Source: Nitrospirota bacterium (GTDB lineage Bacteria; Nitrospirota; UBA9217). Taken from it: 64,000 bases of DNA. The notes under the pieces were generated by a model that was given only the letters and a program-made list of their open reading frames with translations, searched no databases and was not told the origin of the DNA. Position 1 is the stretch's first letter. Each line of letters begins with the position of its first letter. The DNA lies in contig CAVVUN010000006.1 in assembly GCA_963751455.1 (NCBI GenBank), forward strand, positions 192,001-256,000. The letters are read 5' to 3'. Both the position numbers and the translations under genes were made by a program. Positions 20,421 through 30,195 of the stretch are shown piece by piece.

Positions 20421-21236
20421 TTAAATTTTCGTTCCCATAGTATACAGCACGCCCACGTCGAGCCATATCCCGTCACCGGTTCTGAGATTCTCGATTTCCT
20501 GCAGATGTTCCCGCTTGAACCGCGCCTGATCGTCAGGCTTGAGCTGGCTCACCATCCTTCGAAAGCCCGCATTCCAAATCAGATACCACCACTGTTCCGC
20601 ATTCTCGAGGTAATAGCCGACATTCTTTGTTTCGACACGAATGTCCGTGAGGCCGGCCTTTTGGAACAGCTCTCTGCACCCCGCTTCGTTCGCAATGCGT
20701 TTCCAGGTCTGAGGCGGCACCTGTACCCCGTACTGAACCAACCGATTTACCATCAAATCCTTAAGCGTATAAAAGTAATTCTCCTGAAAATTGGATATCA
20801 TGATCCTGCCACCGGGCTTTACGACCGAAGCGATATGCTTGAGCTGAGCATCCATGTCTTCGACAAAAAAGATACCGAAGGCGCAGATTGCCGCATCAAA
20901 GGTTTTTTCGGGAAAGCCGAGGCACGTCATGTCCCGTTCCAGGAACTCGGTGTTCCCGAGATTCTGCGAAGACGTTTTTTTGCGAGCCTGCTCAAGCATG
21001 CCGGGAGAAAAATCTACAGCTGTGACACGGCCGCTCGGAAGCTTCCGCGCAGCCGCCATTGAAGCGTGGCCGGTGCCGCATGCGACATCGAGCACCCATT
21101 CGTCGCCGCGCAGCCCCAGGAGCGCGGTCATGTGCTCGGCGCTTTTTGGAAAGAATCGAAGCGCTCCCCCATCGTAGCCGCCGGATACGGCGTCAAAAGT
21201 TTCTTTCAACATTGCCTTTCGCTGCTTTTCGTCCAT
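20421..21236 (-). CDS. Class I SAM methyltransferase (UbiE-like)
   Basis: VLDVACGTG, VDFSPGML, VKPGG. Confidence 0.9.
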   Translation of the reverse strand: MDEKQRKAMLKETFDAVSGGYDGGALRFFPKSAEHMTALLGLRGDEWVLDVACGTGHASMAAARKLPSGRVTAVDFSPGMLEQARKKTSSQNLGNTEFLERDMTCLGFPEKTFDAAICAFGIFFVEDMDAQLKHIASVVKPGGRIMISNFQENYFYTLKDLMVNRLVQYGVQVPPQTWKRIANEAGCRELFQKAGLTDIRVETKNVGYYLENAEQWWYLIWNAGFRRMVSQLKPDDQARFKREHLQEIENLRTGDGIWLDVGVLYTMGTKI

Positions 21237-21313
21237 ATTCGGTCCTTTCGATGCACATATTTATATTGAAGCTTTCTTCCGCCAGGCTGATGCGATGCAG
21301 CATTCAAAAATAT

Positions 21314-21411
21314 AGACCCATCCTCACCTAGCCTCCCCTTGAAGGCCTTCAAGGGGAGGAACTCCATATCTTCTCCCCCTTCAAGGGGGAGATTGAGAGG
21401 GGGATGGGTCT
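21314..21411. repeat. CCCCTT(C/G)AAGGGG palindromic repeat element
   Basis: Outer IR AGACCCATCC/GGATGGGTCT with inner palindromes; relatives at about 25225-25265, 49415-49492 and 61990-62143. Confidence 0.7.
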
Positions 21412-21442
21412 CTTAGGCGTTTACGTTAATCTGAACATCTCG

Positions 21443-22573
21443 CTAATAGTTCATCGCCTGCTCGAGATCCTCGATCAAATCATCCGCCTGCTCGATGCCT
21501 ACCGACAGCCGCAAAAGCGAATCGGAAATTCCTATCCTCTTTCGTTCTTCAGCAGAAATCTTTGCGTGGGATGTGACAGCGGGCGCGCAGATAGTCGATT
21601 CAATGCCTCCGAGACTGACCGCCGGTTTTATGATACAAAGTTTTCGAATAAGCTTGTCTGCATCCGTTTTTGCTTCATAAAGCTCGAACGACAGCATAGC
21701 GCCAAATCCATCCATTTGAGATTTCGCAAGCTGGTGATAGGCCGAACTCGTAAGACCGGGATAATTAACCCGCCTGACTTTCGGGTGCCTTTCTAAGAAT
21801 CCGGCAATCCTACGCGCATTTTCAGTCTGCCTTTCGACCCTGATCGCAAGCGTTTTGAGACTTCGTTCGAGCAGAGCGCACGTTGCAGCATTCAGGCTTC
21901 CGCCGAGGCTCAGCGCGACAGTGCGGATGCGTCCCGCCTTTTCCTTCGTCGTAACCGCTATGCCACAACAAATGTCGCTATGGCCCCCCAGGTATTTGGT
22001 CCCGCTATGTACGACCACATCGATGCCCAGTTTACATGGATTCTGATATAACGGCGTGGCGAAGGTGTTATCGATAATCGTGACGACGCCCCGGTCCCGG
22101 CAAAACTCCGCGACTTTCCGGATATCGATCACGCTTAAGAGCGGATTGGTCGGCGATTCGATTACCACGACTTTCGTGTTTCGCTGTACGGCCCGGCAAA
22201 TTGCGTCGGCATCGGTAGGCGCAAAGTCAATATCAATCCCAAACCTTTTGAATTGACCGGTTGCGAAGGCATGCGTTCCGCCGTAGAGCTCGTCCATCAT
22301 TACCACGTGGTCTCCGGCGCCTGCAAAAGCAATAATAGACGTGCTCATCGCTGCCATGCCGGAGCTGAAGAGCACGCCGCTTTCAGCACCCTCCAAAGCG
22401 CACACCTTATCGACCACCACTCGCTGGTTCGGGGTATTGAAGTAGCGCGGGTAGGCGACTGCTTCCTGATCGAGATACCCGAAAGCCGACGACGTGAAAA
22501 TGGGCGAGTTCACTCCGTTGAACATGGCATCATGGATAGAACCGCTGTGCACGCATTGAGTTTCTTTTTTCAT
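21443..22573 (-). CDS. Cys/Met-metabolism PLP enzyme (cystathionine gamma-synthase/lyase family)
   Basis: FSSGMAA, ESPTNP, DNTFATP, HSGTKYLGGHSD. Confidence 0.92.
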   Translation of the reverse strand: MKKETQCVHSGSIHDAMFNGVNSPIFTSSAFGYLDQEAVAYPRYFNTPNQRVVVDKVCALEGAESGVLFSSGMAAMSTSIIAFAGAGDHVVMMDELYGGTHAFATGQFKRFGIDIDFAPTDADAICRAVQRNTKVVVIESPTNPLLSVIDIRKVAEFCRDRGVVTIIDNTFATPLYQNPCKLGIDVVVHSGTKYLGGHSDICCGIAVTTKEKAGRIRTVALSLGGSLNAATCALLERSLKTLAIRVERQTENARRIAGFLERHPKVRRVNYPGLTSSAYHQLAKSQMDGFGAMLSFELYEAKTDADKLIRKLCIIKPAVSLGGIESTICAPAVTSHAKISAEERKRIGISDSLLRLSVGIEQADDLIEDLEQAMNY

Positions 22574-22614
22574 CTAATTCTCTCTTTCTTTTTTAACCGG
22601 TCGAGATGCGCCTA

Positions 22615-23175
22615 TCAGCCTTTGCAGTCTATTACCGTGCGCGAAGTGTCAAAGGACAGCATATAATAGCTTCTGCCTGAGAAGTCGAAAGCATCGACCA
22701 CTGTCATACCCAGCTTGCTGTGAGCGTTGTACGAGCGCTCGTTTGCACGATTAATAAACGTTACGCCGATCGGGAAGCGTGAAGCGAATTCGCTCCGCAT
22801 TTCCTCGAACAGTAAAGGAAATATCCCTGATCCGCGCAACGCAGAGTTGATGCAGACAGGACCATACTGAAAGCTGCAATCACGGATCCGGTTTGATAAG
22901 GAGAGCGATACAAGCCGTTCCTCCATGAACGGAAAGATGGGCCACTGCGAAAAATAACCCCATGACCCAGCCATGGCATAACCGGCGATTTCTCCCTGCT
23001 GCTCGGCTACGAAAACCCCGCGTTCCGACATCAATTCTACTAAATTATTTTCCGAGAACGGCGTGCTTACAAAGCCCTGCTTCCTTTCATCTGGAGAGAG
23101 ATTATCGTACAGGTTTATCCTTTGAAGGTCGATGATCCCGCTGATATCATTTCCGTTTCCGATCCTGGTGATCAT
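22615..23175 (-). CDS. GNAT-fold protein
   Basis: QYGPVCINSALRGSG, NERSYNAH. Confidence 0.75.
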   Translation of the reverse strand: MITRIGNGNDISGIIDLQRINLYDNLSPDERKQGFVSTPFSENNLVELMSERGVFVAEQQGEIAGYAMAGSWGYFSQWPIFPFMEERLVSLSLSNRIRDCSFQYGPVCINSALRGSGIFPLLFEEMRSEFASRFPIGVTFINRANERSYNAHSKLGMTVVDAFDFSGRSYYMLSFDTSRTVIDCKG

Positions 23176-23492
23176 AGTATTCCCTCTTTTTCTCCCTCTG
23201 TCGTCAGGTCCCGTACCACTAGTAGTGCATCGGTCAACGCCCAAATGACGACCAGATCGTTACAGCCCGGTAAAAATTTCGTTCCGTCATGCAGAATGTG
23301 ATCATTATAGTCATGTTTGAGCGTTATCCATATCGTACCCTGCACGCATAAGACCTCCATGGATCGCCTCGAATTTTCAACTGTCAATACGGCATGTTCA
23401 GGCAAAAAAACTCGCCGGTGATCCATCCGTTCGCGGGCTCCGCGATTTATGAGCGTCGTCCGGTTTCTTTTATGCCCGAGCCGGGATATCAT
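23172..23492 (-). CDS. DUF2917 family protein
   Basis: CVQGTIWIT...DHIL motif; divergent from a MocR regulator, the usual context. Confidence 0.7.
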   Translation of the reverse strand: MISRLGHKRNRTTLINRGARERMDHRRVFLPEHAVLTVENSRRSMEVLCVQGTIWITLKHDYNDHILHDGTKFLPGCNDLVVIWALTDALLVVRDLTTEGEKEGIL

Positions 23493-23662
23493 GCTTTCTA
23501 TGATAAATCAGGCGCGGCACGAATAACAGATGCAGTGCGAGTCATTTGACTACATAACAGTTTTAATAACCATAAACTGTACCGGTTCGTTGAGGGACAA
23601 ATTGTACCTTGCTCGGATAGCAGGTCTCAGGTACAATGCTCTAAAATACGCCGGACAGAACC

Positions 23663-25087
23663 ATGAAAACTACGACCCTATACGAAGAAGTCTCAGCCAG
23701 CATCGAGCACCTCATTTCCCACGGCACGTATCGTACAGGAGATAGAATCCCGTCCGTGCGCGCGTTGAGCAGCCAGATGAAGGTGAGCATTGCAACCGTA
23801 ATGGAGGCCTACCGGCTGCTTGAAGACCGCAGCCTGATCGAATGCCGCCCCCAGTCGGGATATTACGTCAAACCGTTTTTTTTCCCGAACCTCCCTGAAC
23901 CGGAAATATCCAAACCGGCAATTAAGCCCACAAGGGTGAGCACGAATGAGCTTACGATGATGGTGATGCAGGATACGCGCAACCAGGATCTCATCCTACT
24001 GGGGGCCGCCGTTCCCAATCCCGCGCTGCTTCCCGTAGCCCGCCTCAACAGAACCCTCTCCTCCGTTACCCGGCGTTACGGCGCACGCAGCATCTCTTAC
24101 GAGTTCGCCCCCGGAATAGAGACACTCCGGGTCCAAATTGCCAAACGCGCGCTGGCTGCAGGATGTTCGCTTACCCCGGAGGATATCATTATCACCTCCG
24201 GATGCCAGGAGGCGATCATATTGGCGCTTCAGATTATCTGCCGTCCCGGCGACACCGTCGCAATCGAGTCTCCCACGTTTTATAATTTTTTTCAGGCAAT
24301 CGAGGCATTCGGGCTCCGGGCCCTCGAAATTCCGACTCATCCGCGGGACGGAGTCAGCATCGAAACGCTTCGCCGCGTGATGAAGAGGAACAGGGTGCGC
24401 GCCGGCCTCTTTACTCCGAACTTCAACAATCCGCTCGGAAGCTGCATGCCCGACGCCCGCAAGCAGGAACTGGTCGAACTCTTCGCGGACCGCAATGTTC
24501 CCCTCATTGAAGACGACATATACGGCGATCTCGCCTATTCCGTCAACCGCCCGAAGATAGCAAAGGCATTCGACAAAAAAGGGAATGTGCTCCTGTGCTC
24601 GTCATTTTCAAAGACTCTGGCGCCGGGTTACCGTATAGGATGGATCGCGCCGGGAAGATTTCGGGCCGACGTCCTCCACCTGAAATCGGTGAGCAATCTC
24701 GGCACAGCAACTCCCACACAGCTTGCCCTGGCCGCTTTTCTGGCAGACGGCGGCTATGACCGGCATTTACGAAAGATCCGGAAAATCTATGCCCAAAACG
24801 CGGTTCACATGGCCGACGCCGTGAGAAGACAGTTCCCGGAGGGAACGAGAGTGACCCGTCCTTCAGGCGGACACGTTCTTTGGGTGGAGCTGCCCGGCCG
24901 GACCGACTCCCTTATCCTGTATGAAAAAGCGCACAGAGCCGGCATCGCGATAGCCCCGGGGCCGATATTTTCCTCTCAGCGAAAGTACCGGAACTTCATA
25001 CGCTTGAATTCCGCATTCTGGTCAGACCAGATCGAGGAAGCCGTAGCGCTCCTGGGCAGTTTCGCAAAGGGGATGCACGCAAGATAA
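23663..25087 (+). CDS. MocR/GabR family regulator (GntR wHTH plus aminotransferase domain)
   Basis: IPSVRALS..VSIATV..AY; SFSKTLAPGYRIGW. Confidence 0.95.
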   Translation: MKTTTLYEEVSASIEHLISHGTYRTGDRIPSVRALSSQMKVSIATVMEAYRLLEDRSLIECRPQSGYYVKPFFFPNLPEPEISKPAIKPTRVSTNELTMMVMQDTRNQDLILLGAAVPNPALLPVARLNRTLSSVTRRYGARSISYEFAPGIETLRVQIAKRALAAGCSLTPEDIIITSGCQEAIILALQIICRPGDTVAIESPTFYNFFQAIEAFGLRALEIPTHPRDGVSIETLRRVMKRNRVRAGLFTPNFNNPLGSCMPDARKQELVELFADRNVPLIEDDIYGDLAYSVNRPKIAKAFDKKGNVLLCSSFSKTLAPGYRIGWIAPGRFRADVLHLKSVSNLGTATPTQLALAAFLADGGYDRHLRKIRKIYAQNAVHMADAVRRQFPEGTRVTRPSGGHVLWVELPGRTDSLILYEKAHRAGIAIAPGPIFSSQRKYRNFIRLNSAFWSDQIEEAVALLGSFAKGMHAR

Positions 25088-25305
25088 AAAGCTGCATAGC
25101 GACGGACACGCATAACATAAATAACAATGTTCAGCGGTCCACATTCTCCTGCCTTCGCCCCGGCAGTCGGTATTAAAAAATCTACTCATCAATAGCAGTG
25201 CCCGGCCAATTCTTGCGGTTTCAATTCCCTCCCCTTCAAGGGGAGGGCCAGGGTAGGGATGGGGTAAAAAGTGGCGACGGGCTCCATACAAGGATTCATC
25301 CCCCC

Positions 25306-25638
25306 TTATAAATACTCCTTCCTTATCGGAGACCAGGCATCCACTGCCGTGCAGGGCTTGTCCCCGGTCGTAACCGAGTGCCTGATTTTAGAAGGAATGG
25401 CGATCACTTCCCCGGCATTGATATTCACTTTTTTGCCCTGGTACAGGAACGTCAGGCTGCCTTCAAGCACGAGCGTGATCTGCTCGGCCTCGTGGGAATG
25501 CTCGGGAAACACGGTATTCGCCTCCATCTCGAAATACGTAAGCATGGCTTTTTGGAGCGCTATTGCCCACATCACCGCTCCCGGCACTGCGGGCTTCAAT
25601 TTCAATTTGTCCCTGGTATAGATTGCCACTTCGTTCAT
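25306..25638 (-). CDS. Cupin domain protein
   Basis: PEHSHEAEQITLVLEG, IPSKIRHS. Confidence 0.88.
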   Translation of the reverse strand: MNEVAIYTRDKLKLKPAVPGAVMWAIALQKAMLTYFEMEANTVFPEHSHEAEQITLVLEGSLTFLYQGKKVNINAGEVIAIPSKIRHSVTTGDKPCTAVDAWSPIRKEYL

Positions 25639-25750
25639 TCGCCTCCTCCGGGTTGCTCAATTTTTGTCAAAGAGAAATATCCGACAGAAGGAACATGTCC
25701 ATATTTAAAGATCTGCCATAAGACTTTGATCGATTTCGGCAACGCCATCA

Positions 25751-26614
25751 TTAGGTCTTCTCCTTATTCAGATGATTGCGCAAGTCGGGATGAAATTTTC
25801 CGCTCATTACCCCGGCAACTTCTCCTGTCATCAAAACATGTCCGTCCTCCCGTATTAAAATGTCGATAACTCCGCCAGGCATGTTCACTGCCACGTTTCT
25901 GTCAACTCTTCCCAGCCGGAACATGGCGCTCGCTGCCGCGCAACTTCTGCTTCCCGAGGCCGTGGTGTATCCTGCTCCGCGTTCCCAGATCTCGATCCTG
26001 ACGGCGTTTCTGTCGATCACCTGCACGAGCTGCAGATTGATCCTGTTCGGAAACATCCCGTGCCGCTCCACGCACGGCCCGATTCTTATAGCCAGCTCCC
26101 TGGACGGCTCAGAAACCGGTATGACGCAGTGCGGATTGCCGATTGACAGACAGGTCATGCGATACGACTCGCCTCGAATCGTCAACTCTTCATCCACCAC
26201 GTCGCGTTCCGGCCCGGCAACCGGGATGCCGGTGCTTTTGAACGTCACTGTCCCCATATCAACCGAAATCCTGTTCCCGCTTTGATCCAGAATCTCCACA
26301 CTGACAAGGCCGCCCCGTGTATTAAGCTCGAATCTGCGTTCCGCTGCATAGCCGGTGTCGATGAGATATTTGGAAAATATTCTGATTCCGTTCCCGCTCT
26401 TTTCAGCCTCGCTGCCGTCAGGATTGAATATCCTCAACCCGGTCTCGCCGTTTTCAACCAGGGGGCCGAGCAGTATCCCATCGGAACCCACTCCCGTATG
26501 CCGGTCACAGATCATCCTGATCGCATCCGGAGTGAGTTCTATCTGGGTTTCGCCGGGATCGATAACGATATAGTCGTTTCCGAGGGCGTGGTACTTATGA
26601 AAATCAGCATTCAT
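25751..26614 (-). CDS. dapF: Diaminopimelate epimerase-like protein with Ser at both catalytic Cys positions
   Basis: KYHALGNDY, EKSGNGIR, GNPH, WERGAGYTTASGS. Confidence 0.8.
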   Translation of the reverse strand: MNADFHKYHALGNDYIVIDPGETQIELTPDAIRMICDRHTGVGSDGILLGPLVENGETGLRIFNPDGSEAEKSGNGIRIFSKYLIDTGYAAERRFELNTRGGLVSVEILDQSGNRISVDMGTVTFKSTGIPVAGPERDVVDEELTIRGESYRMTCLSIGNPHCVIPVSEPSRELAIRIGPCVERHGMFPNRINLQLVQVIDRNAVRIEIWERGAGYTTASGSRSCAAASAMFRLGRVDRNVAVNMPGGVIDILIREDGHVLMTGEVAGVMSGKFHPDLRNHLNKEKT

Positions 26615-26820
26615 CCTCTACGCTCTGCTCTCTTCCCGCCGAAGGCATTGATCGTCCTCGTGCCTGCAGTGAACCGGCCATCATGAGGTACTCCCTGGGG
26701 GATATGATATTCCTGCCCTGCCTGAAGACTGATTTCCCGACCCTGGATGCCAAGCGTGTATTCGCCTTGAATCACGACGAAGTACTCGTCGAAAGGGTGA
26801 ACATGCTCTTTAGAAGCACC
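26611..26820 (-). pseudogene. 5'-truncated cupin
   Basis: HVHPFDEYFVVIQG...PHDG; the upstream part of the ORF is translated repeat DNA. Confidence 0.65.
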
Positions 26821-27018
26821 AAACCAATGAACAAACCAGCACCTTCGAACCGCGAAGGCGCGAAGGACGCCAAGAAAAGATTGATAATTTTGAATTCTTG
26901 ATTCATGATTTCCTTCGCGTTCTTTGCGCCATGGCGGCAAATGGTTTTTGATTTTTGATTTGCTAAAAAAACTTGACTCTAAATTAAAGATCCTGGTTAG
27001 TAAAGTACTTTAAGGGCG

Positions 27019-27804
27019 CTAAAGCATCTTCTGCATCCAGACGATATCCACATTCTGCCCGAACTTTTTTAAGATCTTCCTGAACCGCCCGCACTCCCTG
27101 AACCCGTGCTTTCTGTGAAAAGCCACGCTTGCCGGATTAAGGGACGATATGTTCGCGAGCAGAGTGCGGACTCCGATCTTTTTCGCTTCTTGCTCGAGCG
27201 TCTGCAGGACCCTTGTTCCGAGCCCCTTTCGGGTATATTCCGGAAGGAAAAAGTACCCGGCTTCGGCTGCTTGATTAAAAGCGGGATAGGGATGATACTT
27301 TTTGAGAAACCCAAACCCGATGATTTTCTTGTCCGTAGTCTCGAGTACAAAAAACGCGTCACCATAAATTATCGTTTTAAGGAAGTCAAACAGCTTCCTG
27401 TCCAACGGCTTTTCAGGATAGGCGGCGAAACTGTGTTCGACATAATAATTAAAGATGGAAACAATCTGATCGCAATCCCGGTCGACAACCCTTCTGATGG
27501 AATAGTCCTCGTCGCGAGCCGCTGTCCTCTCGGTGCTTGTACTGAATTCAGTAAGCTCCTGTCTGATAAAGCATCCGGTTATGGTCCTGTAGACCTCCTC
27601 GGCGATATCGGGGCTGAGGCCAGCCTCTTGCGCCGTTGCCCTCGCTTTCTGGATTACCTGTTCAACGCGTTTCGGATCGCGAACTCCCTGCTCGTTTAAC
27701 TTGAGTTTACCCGCTCGTGATACATGCCTTGAGCGGCTCGCGAGAAGTCTGATAATCTCGGTGTCAATTTTATCTATTTCTCGCCGAATTTCTTCCAGCT
27801 CCAT
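27019..27804 (-). CDS. Chorismate mutase (AroQ-like) fused to phosphinothricin-acetyltransferase-like GNAT
   Basis: LEEIRREIDKIDTEIIRLLASR...RDPKR; IFNYYV, NPASVAFHRKHGF. Confidence 0.85.
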   Translation of the reverse strand: MELEEIRREIDKIDTEIIRLLASRSRHVSRAGKLKLNEQGVRDPKRVEQVIQKARATAQEAGLSPDIAEEVYRTITGCFIRQELTEFSTSTERTAARDEDYSIRRVVDRDCDQIVSIFNYYVEHSFAAYPEKPLDRKLFDFLKTIIYGDAFFVLETTDKKIIGFGFLKKYHPYPAFNQAAEAGYFFLPEYTRKGLGTRVLQTLEQEAKKIGVRTLLANISSLNPASVAFHRKHGFRECGRFRKILKKFGQNVDIVWMQKML

Positions 27805-27807
27805 GGT

Positions 27808-29682
27808 TGATGAATTCGTAAGAAGTCAAACGGCGTAAAGTACCTTAAACTGCATAATCAGCGGCCGGAGACTGATCCAGCGCCCGATGGCGGCTGAAAC
27901 ATTCTGCACTCGTTCTTTGACAGCACAAAATAGCAATGAAAGGGCGGCTATGAGGGCCGATTCCTCTTCCTTTTCCCGTTTGCGGAATGCCGCCGCCCGG
28001 ATAATGTTGATTCCGGCAGCCTTCAAGTACGCGGCGAAGCTCACGGCGGACAGTCCTCGGACGCGCAAGTTCTTGAAGCCGGTTATTCGGTCAAGCTGAG
28101 ACATGGTTCCTTCGACCCCTGCACGGAAGCGGTACCTGTCCCGAAACTCGGGAGTGTCTTCCTGAGCCCGTCGCTGGGCCAGACGGATCGCTTTATCGTC
28201 GTATCGGAGATAGCGGCCCTTTTTGCCGGGCAGCGTCGGACATGTGTTTTTTCGGGAACAACCACGGCACGCTTTTTTTGAAAAGAGCGCGGAGTGATTG
28301 TCGTCTTTGCTCCGGGTTTTGAGAGGAGCGCGTCCCTCGGGGCATAAGGTGATTTCGTTTTCGCTGTTCATGGTGAATGCCGTGAATGGCACGCTGTCTT
28401 CGCCGAGGTTGCCCATGACCGGGGAAACGACTTCAACTCCCATGGTCTTTGCCTTCTCGCAGTTCTCGTCGCTGCCATAGGGGGTGTCGGCAATGACCGC
28501 TTCCGGTTTCAGACCCAACTTCTCCGTTGATTCGATAAGCGGAATAGTGGCATGGGTGTCGTGCTTGTGGGCAGGTTCTACGATCACACTGGTGATCAAA
28601 TTCAGGGTGTTGGTATCCTCGGACGTGCCGTAGCTTTCGGCGACCTGCACCTGGTAGCCCTTGCCCTTGTGGCCGTCATACCCGGCGTCGGGGTCGGAAG
28701 GGTTTTGCAGAGAATCGGAAGGCACGTCCTTGTTGGCCTTGACCGAGACCAGGGTTGTATGCGTATCAACGCGTTCCACGATGCATTGTTCCTTAAGCAG
28801 CCGGACAAGGAGCTGATAGGTGTTCATGGTGGTAATTGGCTCGTTTCCTCTGAACCGTTCCACCAGGCTGAACACGTCGTTGGCCAGCGTCCTTAGCGTG
28901 TTTATCGATTCCGAGGGTCTGACCATCGAGAAGACGGCATCTCCCTGTTTGGTCATGTACCGGTCGGTGATGGCCGTCTCTAATGATTCATAGAGGTCTT
29001 TATGGTGACGCTTGAGGTTCACCAGGAACTTCTTAATAGTCTTTACGAACAGGCCGAGCCGGCCCAAGTGGCGCATATTGGAGTAGATGTGGACCGAGTC
29101 GAAGCGCTGCTTGGCGACATCGACTTTGAATACATCGGCAAGCATCGTGACGACTTCTTCAAAGATAACTTGGTAGAGGTTCCGTTCGATCAGTAGGTCG
29201 CGCATGTTCCAGAGGGTCTTGGGGCTGACATAAGCGGCGGTGTCCGCCGCGCTTGTGATGTTCAGGGCATAATGCCACTGGAGATTATAGGCAAACTGGT
29301 CTACGGCTTCTTCGTCGGTCAGGTCGTTCATCTGCTGGAGGACCATGAGGCCGATCATGGAATAGAGTTCCTTGGTCGGCGCTCCGAAAACCGGATCGTA
29401 TTTTGAGAAAATTTTCTCGACTGGCAGCGTGGTAAGAATATGCTCCCGAAATACCTTTGCCCAGGACCCCTCGATGCGCTGTTTACGTTTAGGTCCCAGG
29501 AAGGGAAAGGGATCGAACATGTCGGGGGTTTTGTGATCCTTGATGTGGATCATTCTGGCTCCTTGATTGCGATAGGTGATGCTGTTGTGTATCACAAAAC
29601 CCCTTGTACTGCAAAGGAAATATGATGTTTTGCGCGATTTATTTTGGCTGAATCACGACAGTTCGTTCTTACGAGATCATCA
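27808..29682 (-). mobile_element. IS1182-family insertion sequence
   Basis: TIRs TGATGAATTCGTAAGAA/TTCTTACGAGATCATCA; 4-bp TSD TGGT; single transposase. Confidence 0.85.
27826..29553 (-). CDS. IS1182-family DDE transposase
   Basis: DUF772-like N-term, FDSVH, SDPDAGY, ADTPYG, RAGVEGTMS. Confidence 0.88.
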   Translation of the reverse strand: MIHIKDHKTPDMFDPFPFLGPKRKQRIEGSWAKVFREHILTTLPVEKIFSKYDPVFGAPTKELYSMIGLMVLQQMNDLTDEEAVDQFAYNLQWHYALNITSAADTAAYVSPKTLWNMRDLLIERNLYQVIFEEVVTMLADVFKVDVAKQRFDSVHIYSNMRHLGRLGLFVKTIKKFLVNLKRHHKDLYESLETAITDRYMTKQGDAVFSMVRPSESINTLRTLANDVFSLVERFRGNEPITTMNTYQLLVRLLKEQCIVERVDTHTTLVSVKANKDVPSDSLQNPSDPDAGYDGHKGKGYQVQVAESYGTSEDTNTLNLITSVIVEPAHKHDTHATIPLIESTEKLGLKPEAVIADTPYGSDENCEKAKTMGVEVVSPVMGNLGEDSVPFTAFTMNSENEITLCPEGRAPLKTRSKDDNHSALFSKKACRGCSRKNTCPTLPGKKGRYLRYDDKAIRLAQRRAQEDTPEFRDRYRFRAGVEGTMSQLDRITGFKNLRVRGLSAVSFAAYLKAAGINIIRAAAFRKREKEEESALIAALSLLFCAVKERVQNVSAAIGRWISLRPLIMQFKVLYAV

Positions 29683-29723
29683 TGGTTCACCCTCCGTCAA
29701 TTCCCGCTGAACTTTTCCTCCAC

Positions 29724-30125
29724 TTATTCGATCTGCAAATACATTCCCGGCGCATCCGCCTCTCGCATCCTGAATCCGAACTGTCCATAATAAGCCGCGC
29801 TGCCTCTTGCCGCCATCAAGCCCACGAACGCGCCCGGGCCGGCATGGGTCTCGATGTAATGCAATAAATCATCCATCAGCGCCTTCCCTACGCCTCTGCC
29901 CTGGTGTTCCGGATGGACCATTATATCCTGAATATAGAAGTAAAGCCCTCCGTCACCGATAACGCGGCCAAAGCCGATGACCCGGTCGTTCTTTATGGCG
30001 ACTGCGGAATACAGGGAATTCTTTAGAGCCGACTCTGTTGTCCTCTCATTGGTTAACGGCCATCCAACAGCATTCCTGAGTTCTGTGAATTCGAATACAG
30101 ATATGGATCTATTTTCGATATGCAT
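29724..30125 (-). CDS. GNAT N-acetyltransferase
   Basis: IQDIMVHPEHQGRGVG. Confidence 0.9.
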   Translation of the reverse strand: MHIENRSISVFEFTELRNAVGWPLTNERTTESALKNSLYSAVAIKNDRVIGFGRVIGDGGLYFYIQDIMVHPEHQGRGVGKALMDDLLHYIETHAGPGAFVGLMAARGSAAYYGQFGFRMREADAPGMYLQIE

Positions 30126-30195
30126 ATAGGCACCGCCTTACATTTGTTCTTCACTGAGTACAGAGCCAACCTCCGTAATGCCACCTATGGCATCT

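Noticed and set aside
23172-25087. DUF2917 and MocR divergent pair as a novel system
   Set aside because: This is a common arrangement; nothing unusual was seen.
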